Origin: Gonapodya sp. JEL0774
Lineage: Eukaryota
Direction of reading: 5' to 3'
Assembly (NCBI GenBank): GCA_027604505.1
Contig: JADIIX010000017.1
Location: 124,001 to 188,000 of the forward strand
Length of the DNA: 64,000 nt
In this document: in pieces, positions 36,843 through 47,859 of the stretch
Position numbering within the stretch: the first letter of the stretch is position 1
How the letters are laid out: each line of letters opens with the position of its first letter
Made by a program: the position numbers and the translations under genes
Notes under the pieces: model-generated
The model's input: only the letters and a program-made list of their open reading frames with translations
Told to the model about the DNA's origin: nothing
Database searches by the model: none

Positions 36843-39666
36843 ATGTCCAGTAATCAATCAAACTCGATACCCTCGAATTCTTCTTCTTCTTTACCCTCTT
36901 TCTCCGACTCCCGCGCTCCAATCGCAAGGAAACTCCACTTTGGTGCGACGGACGACGGGGAGGGTTTCTCGGACTCGTCCACGTCCACACGCCTGATCAG
37001 CGTCCACCAGCCATTGATCGAAGACGATGACGACGATTCTGCAATGGTGATTTCTCCTTCTCCCAGCACGCGGCATCGCAGACTCGTCGGTGGGAGGAGT
37101 GCCACCGCGGGAGACAAGGGGTGGATCCAGACAGAATCCACACCATCGCTCACAGGCGACACCATGGTCATGACACCGCACAGTCCGCCCTCCACATCCG
37201 CTCCTTTGACTCCTTCCTCCTCCACGTTCTCCTTTGCCGCCCCCTCCAACCACCACGACTCCTCCTTCCACCTCCCTGCAGGGCAAGACCCCGTCCCAGC
37301 CACCCAAGACATTTGGCTCCGCTACGAAAAGGGCCCCAAGCTCGGTGCAGGAGCATTTGGCTCGGTGTATCTCTCCAGAGACCGTAAAACAGACGCCATT
37401 GTCGCCGTGAAAAAGGTCGAACTCGACCCCAGAGCCGGTCCGTTTTGGAACCCGACGGTCGTCAGAGAGGTCGGTGTGCTCAAGAGGGCGGCGGTACATC
37501 CGAACATTGTCGGGTGAGTCACGAACCCGAGCGTTAGCGAGCGCTTATCCCGACCCGAAGGGAGGGAGACTGCTGGGAGGCGAAATGGCTCGATCCACCA
37601 TCCGTCTATCTCGACCAAGGAGAGGGAATCCGCCGCGAGCGATTCATCACCCACTTAATGATTTTTTCATGCGCCACCGCTACCGAGCGCCAGTCCAAAC
37701 CAGAGGGAGTCTGCCACATGCGTTTCACCCTCGCATATAGTTCTTTTATCGAGGGGGGCTGGGGGCCACCACCGTTCCATTATACATCTTAAGCAAGCTG
37801 CAACATTGCCTGCAGGAGGGCTTGGACCGGACCATGCTCTCAAACTCCCATCCTCTCACATCCGCCATACGTGTTCCCTGTTTCCTCGTTTCACCTCCCG
37901 CTAATCTCGCATCTCTCCTCTCCCTTCCTCCACCCCCTTGCCCTCCACCCCCGCCAGCTACCACGGCTACCGCCGCACGCACACGTCCGTGACCCATCCA
38001 ATGGTCCCCCTGTCTTCGGCCCCGCGCAGCCCCATCAGCTCCCTGTCCCCGTCCCCGTCCCCGTCGCGCTTCACACCCCGTCCCATCTTCAACACCAACT
38101 CCACAGCCGGTTCGGAAATCGGGAAAGGGGGGAAAGCGGGGAAAGGTGTCGCTCGGCAGGCCCACGACATGGCCGTGTGGATCGTGATGGAGTATTGCGA
38201 GAAGGATTTGGCCAAGGAGATCAAGGAGAAGAGGAGAGAAAGGGAGAGGGAGAGAGAGAGGGAGAGGGAAAGAGAGAGAGGGATGGGGATGGGGATGGGG
38301 ATAGCGGGTGCGTCAGGCGGAGGTGCTGTTGGTGTTGGAGAGATCGGGACTGGACACGATCCACAGCCGGTGACAGGGACACGAACAGGGTCAACCGACA
38401 CGGTCATCGAACGGACGAGGATGAAACTGTTGATGTATCAGTTGTTGGAAGGGTTGGCGCATTTGCATCGACATCAGGTTATGCATAGGGTGAGTCGCCA
38501 CGACACATTGCCCACGTCACATCGTCAACATCACACGCAAATCACACCATCTGGTCTTTTCTCCGAAATTCCACCCAACCCACCCGCAAATCTCTCCGCC
38601 TGGCCGGCCACCCCCCACCCTAGGATATCAAACCCTCCAACCTCCTCCTCCCCCCTCCTCCCCACCCCACCTCGCCCCCCCGCCTCCGCATCGCTGACTT
38701 TGGCCTCGCCCGGTACTTCACCCTCCCGCCTGGCCACTACACCCCCGGCGTGGTCACTGCGCTGTACCGCGCACCCGAAGTTTGTGTGGGAGCACGGTAT
38801 GGGACGGGAGTGGACTTGTGGGCCGCGGGGTGTGTGATGGTGGAGATGGCGGGAGGAGAAGTACCGTTTAAGATGAAGGGGGATACGGAGTGGGATGCTG
38901 TCAGGGCCATGTTTCGGTGGGTTAAAGAGAGGGGTTGGGAGAGAGTGGATCAGAACCGCTCGTTCTGCGCTCGTTGACAACGTTACTCCGCTCCCTTAAC
39001 CTGTCCCCACAGTGTCCTTGGCATCCCTTCCCCCTCGATCTGGCCCGCGCTCCGCACTGCGTCCGAAGGGCTCAAAAAGCTGGTCGAGCTGCACACCAAG
39101 GTGGCCGACCCGCCCTCCGGGATCGAGGCGTGTATGGCGGGTTTGGATGAGCTGGGGGTGGATTTGGTCAAGGTGAGCGGCATTGGAGGGTGGATGGTGC
39201 CGCGTTCGTCGGTGGTGGCATGCACTGAGACCGTTACCGCCCTCACTCCGTCCATCACCCCCCTCTATGCGTCTCCCGCTCTTCCCACTACCACTCCTCG
39301 CTGACTTCTCTCCCCAACTCTCTCTTTCCCCCTCCTCCCCAGCGCCTCCTGACATGGGACCCTGCTCGCCGGATCCCTGCCCAAGCTGCGCTCCGGCATC
39401 CCTGGTTCGCCGACCTGCATGTACGGGACATGTACAGCGACGACGAAATCCACCTGCTCACGTGGCAGGGTTTGGGTGGGTATGTCGTGGAAGGGACTGG
39501 GGAGGGAAATGTTACAGCAGAGGAGATGAGAGTCGGCGGTGCAGGGGATGGGCAAGGCGATTCAGTGCACGGGGCAGGGGACGCGGACGGGGATGTGGTG
39601 GTGGTGCCGTTTGGAGCCGATGCGGTGGCGGAGGCTTTGGGGCAGGGAATCGGCATGGAGGGGTGA
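36843..39666 (+). CDS. CMGC/CDK-like Ser/Thr protein kinase with low-complexity inserts; multi-exon
   Basis: LGAGAFGSV; VAVKK; PTVVRE; HPNIV; IVMEYCEKDL; MHR | DIKPSNLLL; IADFGLAR; YTPGVVTALYRAPE; DLWAAGC; LLTWDPARRIPAQAALRHPWF. Confidence 0.92.
38232..38301 (+). repeat. Coding (GA)n / GGGATG microsatellite
   Basis: Encodes RRERERERERERERERGMGMGMG inside the kinase domain. Confidence 0.85.
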
Positions 39667-40620
39667 CGGGGAGGCTGCAAAGTGGAGGAGAGGTGGAGAT
39701 ACACGAGAGTGACACGGTCTGAATATATATACATATGGTGTTATGGCATGTGAGATAAATGACGCGTAATGACAATGACAATGAATCTGACGGGTGAATG
39801 TGCGTGAGAAACTTGTACTTCATGAGGTACCAGTTCCGCGCAAGTGCACCAAAATAGCTTAAACTGCATGGCTAGGCTAGTAGTTGGGCAGCAGAACGCA
39901 CCTTGCACCTGAGCAAAGACGGCGCGTAAATGTGCCAACATTGCCGTCTGCCACAGCAGACTATAGCGATTTTCTCAATTAATACTTTGGACCCCACGTG
40001 CTTTGGGGGACCGAACCTGCGTGTACGAAGAAGCAAGGTGGGACACCGATTTGTCTTCGTGTGAGCGAAGTATCCTCGGAGAAGCACTTCCACTCGTGTT
40101 GGCTGTTGGGGCATTTGGTGAGCTCTTGGGTCCATTTCTAAATCAAATTTCATTTCGATAACACAACTCCCATTGGCGAGCTCTCACGTAAATTAGCACC
40201 AATAAGTAACGTAGATAGAAATAATTTTTTTGGCTACTGTGTGTAGGTGCTGCGGGTTTGACACATCGGAATATTTGGTACTGTCTACTGAGGAACTGAG
40301 TTTCAGTTGGGCACGCCCATATATGAGCGGTGTTGGAGAGCACAAATTGAGGGTTCCGAAGCCACATTCTTCAGGAAAACTCAGTGGCGTGCCTTCCAAC
40401 TGCAAGTTCTCAATTGAACAGGAGGAATACCATTTTCTTTTGAACCGGCTAAACTATTCTTTTTACCCGACGCCTTTGTTTCATGGATTTCATGACTGCG
40501 ATCCCAAAAGTCTTGCACCAGTGGCGGGGGCAGCGAGAAAAGCACACGCCAGCATCAGCATAACTAGTAGAGTTTATCTTGTGCCTTGCGTGGGCCTCCT
40601 GCTGGTGGTTTAATTTGTGT

Positions 40621-41090
40621 CTAGGTTGGCAGTTCCTGATGTGCAAGTGGATGTGAACCGGCTTGGTGCACTGTAATCCCTACGAGGCCACTTACTTTCT
40701 TAACAACCTTCAGCTCCTTGCCATCCGAGGTAAACGTCGTCCGTCTGTAGTGTCTCAGTTCGCCAGCTTCTTCATCAATGGTCCAGACGGACGAGGACTT
40801 CCAGATACCGTTCACAGCTGCAACTTCCTGTACCGAGCCCAAATCGAGAAACAATTGTCTGTATGGGCACCAGAAGTAGTCGTGAAGAGCGTTACTTTCG
40901 CTTTATGAACCTGAAGGAGCGTGACGTCGTCCTTCTTGGAAATTTTTACTCGTATCTGCCCATATGGTGTGTTCTCAACCTCCTGCTCGCTGTTGTCGAG
41001 TGGGTACGTGATGAATTTGAACACCCAGAACAGAGGGCAGAGACAAGCATGTAACTTTAAGGATTGGTACGCCATCGCCATCCTTGTGAT
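40621..41090 (-). CDS. Spliced beta-rich coding segment; 3' exons of the 43268 gene or a separate small gene
   Basis: Exon-like frames EVENTPYGQIRVKISKKDDVTLLQVHK and FLDLGSVQEVAAVNGIWKSSSVWTIDEEAGELRHYRRTTFTSDGKELKVVKK with GT..AG boundaries; alternating beta-strand pattern. Confidence 0.4.
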
Positions 41091-41138
41091 ATCGTGATTT
41101 CACATCGTTTAGAAACAGATGCACATGCAATACTTAGG

Positions 41139-43268
41139 TTATACAGTCGCGGGTGACAACAAGGGTGACCTTAACTTCCTGTCATACTCAGTTGCCCTTT
41201 CATCAAGCAGAGTTATGATGTTCAGCGTGTCCCGCATGACTGTCTTAACGTGGTAACGGAGTCCAGAAATGGCTCTCAAGAGATCGTTGGACCACTTGAT
41301 CCCAACACCGTGTCCAGCAACTCCTGCGGCACCTGCAGCAACAGCGAAACCTGCCGCACCCCAACTAGCTCCAGCCGCTACCTCGGCAGTGGCAATCAGG
41401 GGAAGGCCGACCAATGCCGCACCACCTGTGAAAAAAGCCGCAATGCCGAGGCCGACCCCGGCAACAGTGCCCACAGCCCTTCGATGCCACAGTGACTCTC
41501 TCAGATGGATTATTGTGGCAGTAAAATTAGACATAACGTCAAACTCACGCTGTGGACAGCAGTCCTATATGAAGTTTTCTCGTTTTGGTCGCAGTCTCCC
41601 CTTGCTCCCTGAGCTTCGATAATATCGAGTTCAGATCTATTGTTATATCAATAAGTTCATTCACGCATGTGAGTGCAATATCGTAGAATTCGCCTGCCAA
41701 TTGCCGTGATTTTGTAAGCAAGCAACTCTCAACCTTGATGAAATGTTCTCACCTATGCCAGAACTTTCAGAAAGGGTTTTCACGTTTGCCAAAACATCCG
41801 GAATCTTTGGTAACAGTTCCATCAACTCTGGTACAGACAGACTGTTACTGCGAATCCAAAAGAAATTGATCGCCAATCACTTACTCCTTCGCTGCTCTTC
41901 GACCTTTTCAAATGAATCAAAAGTATTTTGCAAAACGGATAAGGTGACAATTGTACTGAGGGTCAAGAGCGAGACAATGGGCTGGTGATATACGAGGATA
42001 GTGCCAATCTGATACAAGGTGGAAGTGAATTTACCAAAGAATGCAAACACACGACCGCGAATTACCCACAGACAGAGCACCTACACCCTTAGGTTGTGCC
42101 ACAGCCTGGAATGCTCTGATTAGCGTCTCGAAGGTTGCCGGAGCCGCACCGCCCACTGTAGAAAACGCTGTTTTGATCGTTTCTAGCTCTGTGTGTACAA
42201 AAGATCTTATGTCGTCGGACACATTGATGCTCTTGAGGTGTCGCTCCACTTGAGTGCACCACGTGCTGAAATGGTCATTCCATGTCTGATGGTCTTGGAA
42301 GGTCTCCCAAAACCCCCTCTCTGATACTTAGGACAACATGTCATTGATTGCTTTGTCCCGCCACAAGAGTAACTCAACATCCACTTACCAGGATCACGGT
42401 TGTATTCTTCAAGATATTTCTTTCCTTTCAATCTTGCCTTCCCGATATCGTACTTCAACTCTTTGATTAGACGAACAATTATTTCGCAAATCTTGAATCT
42501 GCTTCGACATTTGAATGCCGAACCTACGTCTCCAGTCACGCTCTGAGAGCTTATTCTCCCGAGCTTGGACCTTATCCTCCCGAGCTTGGAGCTCAGCTAG
42601 GCGAGTCCTGAGTGCCTAGTTCGGTACGGATCTGGTTTCCACAGCGACGATTCCGAATCATGGCTCATAGATAACAGATAACGCACTTGGTTCCTTTCTT
42701 GAACAAGTTCCACGAGGTCGGGGTGCGCGAGGAACTCGCGCGCCACCGTTGCAGAAGCAGAAGACGGTACAATGAGGTAATTATTGATATGACCTTCATC
42801 TGAGTTTTGTCAAAAGAGCAGGCATTGTGAGCAGGTGATATGAACAGTATCGCTCTATGGACACAAACTGTCACGACAAGTGGGCATTGACCGGTCCTCC
42901 ACCCCTACAGAAGCAAATTGCAATAAGTAAATGTTGCCACGCCATGATATCGAATTCGGTTGGAGAATATTTCAACTTGCAATCGTCAGCAAAGTACTTG
43001 TACTGCGGATAGGATCATGAATGAGAGTTCGGAAAAGCGTCCTACCCTGATTGAAGCGCGAAATCAGTTAGCTCCGGCCACTCACTTCGACTTTCTGTCC
43101 TAGTGGTAAGGAAACTTTCGTAATGAAGATTGGGCTGAAGCCCTCGATGTCAATTCTTTCCATGACAACACTCCTAGACCAGTTGTCGAAGGTGCCACTG
43201 AGGACAACAGACGTTGGGGACCCTTTAGGCCATTTAGGGTGGAAGATGAATTCGTGAGTGTACGTCAT
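41139..43268 (-). CDS. Orphan protein: AMPK-beta-type carbohydrate-binding module (CBM48-like), coiled coil, helical region and Gly/Ala hydrophobic hairpin; multi-exon
   Basis: Spliced CBM: VVLSGTFDNWS..VSLPLGQKVE | YKYFADD | WVEDRSMPT | EGHINNYLIV; then RLAELQAREDKVQARENKL; C-terminal VAGVGLGIAAFFTGGAALVGLPLIA..GAAGFAVAAGAAGVAG. Middle exons and stop codon are uncertain. Confidence 0.65.
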
Positions 43269-43318
43269 GGTGGTGGTGGGATACACCGTCCATGGACTGT
43301 CGAAAGGCAGATATCTGT

Positions 43319-43385
43319 CTGCTGTGGATTTTGCTGCGGATTTTGCTGTGGATTTTGCTGTGGATTTTGCTGTGGATTGCTGTGG
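43319..43385. repeat. 12-bp tandem repeat (GCTGTGGATTTT) x~5 in a divergent intergenic region
   Basis: gctgtggatttt gctgcggatttt gctgtggatttt gctgtggatttt gctgtggatt gctgtgg read directly. Confidence 0.9.
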
Positions 43386-43590
43386 GGGGCTGAAGCAAAG
43401 CTCCGACAGCAGAATCAGCGCAAACGACAGGAGTGAATTCATTCCCAACTACACTCCAGAAGGACGACCGCTTTTCCAGCCTATCTATCTGCTGGCACAC
43501 TGATCTATCTCAAGCTCTTCACCCAGTTTCTATCCAATCTCGTTCAGAACTAATTCCTCCACAGCCTCTCTGCCTCGTCCTCGATCTCCC

Positions 43591-44529
43591 ATGCTGGACC
43601 TCCTTCCTTCGGACATCTTCTTCATTTGCCGCCTTCTTTATGAGCTACTTGGGCTCTATACAGCCTGGCCCACTATGTCGCACCGAAAAAGTTTGAGCCA
43701 CCCAGTTGCCAGTGAGTGGTACCAATCGAGTATACGATCACTTCGTCGACCTTCACCGCAGTTGTCTTCAGGGAGAGCTCTCACCCATGTCGACAATCTA
43801 AAGAAGCGCATCATTCCGATCGAGAAGTTGATGGGTGAGTGCAGCAAGTTCCTAAATGAACCCGTTCTCAATCAAGAAGCGGCACCTTCACAAGTGTATT
43901 TATGTACATTGCAGAATTGTACCTTGCGGAATCTTCCGGCTCACATCACGCTCCGCAATCAGTCAAGTCGCTTTCACATCTTGAACAAAGCTGCGGATTT
44001 CATCAGAGATGGAAGCATGGAATCCGTACTGATCGTAATACAAAATCTTGCTAGTATTTGTCTCAATTCTGCCACCAATCCTCGGTCGACAGAGACTGCA
44101 AAGACCCCAAAAGAAGATATCAAATCAGTCTTCCTGTCTTTGGTCGCGGGTTTGAGTTTTGCAGTCGTTGGGACGAGGGTCGTAGAAGATCAGCTGACAA
44201 ACGAGCGCATCTCCGAGCTTCTTAGGCAGTCAGAGTACACGGACTTTGCAGAGTCAATTATTGGATGTCATCACTTCCAATTTGGCATGGGGCTCTGGGG
44301 ACACAGGGAACACAGGGAACACAGGTAAAACCAGGCTGGGCTTTTGGATGTGGTCCTGCCCGCAGCTGGATTCGGTGCCTCGGTGTTCGGAATAGTGTGG
44401 ACAACGGAAATGGTTCATAACTTCAAGGGGCTCATGCTTGTTGTCAAAACGTCTGCATCATGCTTGAAGGCGCAGCTGGAAATGTTCGAAACCAGGTTGA
44501 AGACTGCAGCTGGGATCGCTGTCCCATAG
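43591..44529 (+). CDS. Hypothetical helical protein with hydrophobic segments; exon structure unresolved, possibly disrupted
   Basis: 245-aa ORF and the in-frame 44344-44529 ORF are separated by a single TAA (44326-44328) directly after a 9-bp ACACAGGGA repeat. Hydrophobic VFLSLVAGLSFAVVG and VVLPAAGFGASVFGIVW. Confidence 0.4.
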
Positions 44530-45010
44530 AGATTTGTATTTAATTCATCTATTTTTACCCTTGAAGTTCTGTATCACTGTGGAAGTCAGTAGTTTTGGAG
44601 TCCCTCCGTCATCAACTTGCTCACAGCAGCGTCAGCGAGGTTTGGCGGGAGACAGTAGTGTTTTCATTATGAACCACCACCAACTCAGATCGTTTCTACT
44701 CGCCGCAAAGCCTATTTTCGCAACCATTGAGGGATCCAACGACACACAGAGAACGCATTGAGAGCCGCGACAAGGGCATTACTGAATTCGACCCCACAAG
44801 CAAAGAATGAAATTGAGAAGACCGCAAGATAAAGACCGACTTCGAGGGCAATAAGCGTACTTGCTCAGTGAGATGAGCAACTGCATTGGTTGAAACAGAT
44901 ACATGCTCGGACACCCTTCAATGGGTACCCAACCGGTCAGGGTGGTCAAGGGCAGTGGTTTTAATACCTTGGGAAATGAAGATTGAGGAATTATCCCATC
45001 TCCTCGTGCG

Positions 45011-47455
45011 ATGTCTGAACAATCTGAGAAGGTACTGGTTGTCAAAGAAGGCAACAACGACAACGAAGGTTTGGATGAGCCAGATCTCAGCCTGGTAGAG
45101 GAGGAGCATGAATTCACATGGCGGGCATCTGTTGTCGGAAGTGTGCTCGGATGCGTGGTCGCGGCCTCCAACTTCTACCTCGGGCTCAAAGTTGGATGGA
45201 CGTTTGGAGCGTCAATATTTGGGGCAATTTTCACCTTTGGGATTCTCATGCCCATCAGTCGTACACTTTCTGGCACGTACTTTGGGCCCAAAGAGAACGT
45301 GACCGCTCAAACAGCAGCATCGACCGCTGGTGGTCTTTCTGTCGGTGAGCTCATGCGCGCCAGCCACTCACACAGTGAATGTAATGCAGCATATCTATGT
45401 TTCGTTATTACGGACAAGGAATGATTACGGCAATACCTGCCATGTACCGATTGGGTCTGTTGAGCGATGATGTGACCAAAGATGTTGCAAGACTCACATT
45501 GTGGACCATCGGTAGGTCAACGCATATCAAGTGGGCCAGTGTCGGGTGTTCACAATCCCATCTACTTTTCAACGCAGCTGCCTCATTCTATGGACTTTTC
45601 TTCGCAATTCCCCTGCGCAAATACTTTGTCCTGCAGCTCGGTGACAAACTACCATTTCCAACACCGACGGCCACCGCAAATACCATAAAAATTCTTCATA
45701 GTTCCTCCAAAGGAACCAGAATAGGTCTGGAAAGCGTGCGTGCAATGGCTGTAGCGTTCAGTGAGTGCGGAGAGTCGCAGGGAAGGACACAGGAAATTGA
45801 CTCTAAATTCTGTCCGCCTCATTGTGTGCAGTCATTTCCACCGTCACGAATCTCATCAGCTATTGGATCTACATATTTGACAAGATTCACATCATTTACT
45901 GGATTGGGCGAGCAACTGGTAGCTCCTTTTTGCAACGTGCCGACGTGACATGGGGTTTCTACTTTACACCAAATTTCGCATTTTTTGGAGCCGGTCTGAT
46001 TACCCCACCGAATGTCGTCTTTTCTTTTCTGGCGGGATCCTTCATTGCCTATGGTATTGGTGGTCCCATAATGCTCGACAACGGGTGAGACTGATTAATA
46101 CAGTGAATTGATCGGCTCGCACAAAAAAAGTCTCATATCCTTTTTAGTTACTTGGTCTCTGCTCTTGGTTGGGGGCGTACCGGAAATGGTTCTGCTCAAA
46201 GCTGGTGGTTTTGGCCGGGGATGGCTTTGATGCTGGTTACGGCGTTTGCGGACATCGCGGTCCATTGGCGTGTCGTCTGGCATGCCATGCGATCATTCGC
46301 CATAAATGGCGTCGATCGCTTGGAAGCGTGGCGGGAAGGAGGAAAAGCGGTCGATCCTGTCCCGGATTATCTCCAGATACCATTCTCCTGGTGGGCAGGT
46401 GGACTCACTTGCTCAGTTACACTGACTTGTGAGTATCCTGGGCGTGATCTGAGATTGAGGAATCTGACTGACACCGATTTTCAAGGTTCGATCATGGGTT
46501 TCTATTTCGGTATTCCTTTGGGGCAGTCCATCCTCGCCTTGATATTTGCGTTCTTCCTGTCAATCGTTGGAGCTTTTGCCGCGGGACAAACAGACATAAA
46601 CCCCATCTCTACTCTCGCGAAGGTGGTCCAACTCACTTTCGCCCATATGCCGGCCAGTTCTCTGCAAGACCTCCAGCGCAGCAACCTTCTCTGCGCAGCC
46701 GTGACATCATCATCAGCCTGCCAGTCGGTTGATATGCTTTCAGATCTTAAGACGGGCCACATCGTTGGAGCCAGCCCCCGGTCACAGTTCCTCGCACAGC
46801 TTGTAGGGAGCTTCTTTGCGGTAATAATGAACGTGTCACTGTTTGTTCTATTCGCAAAAGCATACCCCTGCATCGTAATCATCCAAGATACGTGTGAATT
46901 TGGGTGAGAGCATGATGTTCACATGTTGAAGTTTGACCTCATGGATGTCCTTTGCAGGCTCTCTCCTGTGTTGTCCTGGCAAAATGTTACCATTCTTCTC
47001 ACTCAGAATCCGAGTATACCACTTTCTTCCATCATAACTGCCGCGGGATGCAGCGTTCTCGCTTGTGTTTACGTGTTCGGCAAGTCCTTGATTCCAACAA
47101 AGTATGAGCCCTACCTCCCCAATCTCAACGCTGCAGGTCTGGGCTTCCTTGTACCACAGCCATCGACTCCACTGGCGATGGCTTTGGCTGTTGTACTGGG
47201 GTGGTTGTGGGAACGTCACCACAAGAAAAGCCATGACAAATTCCGCTCAGCAGTAGCGGCTGGCGCAATTGCGGGGGTGGGAATCGTGGGTGAGTAGTTT
47301 TTCAGGTTTATTGTGGTGCAGAATGTGCAAACAAGTGACATGCCCTCCTGTTTGAAGCACTAATTCGAGCTGTCATGAAACTAGCCGGTGTACCATCCAA
47401 TGTCATCACATCGAACTGTCCACTAAGTGCGAGTGGAACGACAGCGTGCCTGTGA
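45011..47455 (+). CDS. OPT-superfamily (YSL-like) oligopeptide transporter; multi-exon
   Basis: FTWRASVVGSVLGCVVAASNFYLGLKVGWTFGASIFGAI; FGPKENVTAQTAAS; FFAIPLRKYF..LPFPTPTATA; GQTDINP; DMLSDLKTGHIVGASPRSQFLAQ. Confidence 0.95.
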
Positions 47456-47859
47456 AGAAGAAAGAAGCGGGATGGATTGGCAATTGAGTTCAGTTTTAAT
47501 CTTGTAACGCCTACAAAAATTCTGGCACTATGTAGTGAGGTAAACCCCATTCATTTGCACAGAAAGGAACGCCCCAGCTATTTTAATTGGCAATTTGAAT
47601 TGGAGCTTGCTGGTACGACGGATACTACGGATACGTCAAAGCGTACCGGACACGCCCAGAGACGAGAGCAGGGATGAGCACGAGCGGGCAAGTTGGTAAT
47701 GCGGGGAACGGTGGTCTTTTGAGGAATGGAGTGATCGCAGAACCGGCAACTTCTGGTTCAGAGTTCGATTCGCACGCCAAGCAAAGGCCTGGTAAGCTCT
47801 AAACAGAAAGAAGGAATTGGGGGTTAGTTTTGGTGGTTTTGAGTTCCTTGAACATAATA

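Noticed and set aside
39870..40613. Short ORFs between the kinase and the orphan block
   Set aside because: No motifs or convincing splice pattern; treated as intergenic.
47750..47780. GTTCGATTC (and GTTCGAATC on the minus strand near 14460) as a tRNA T-loop/B-box
   Set aside because: Flanking bases do not form a T-stem or cloverleaf.
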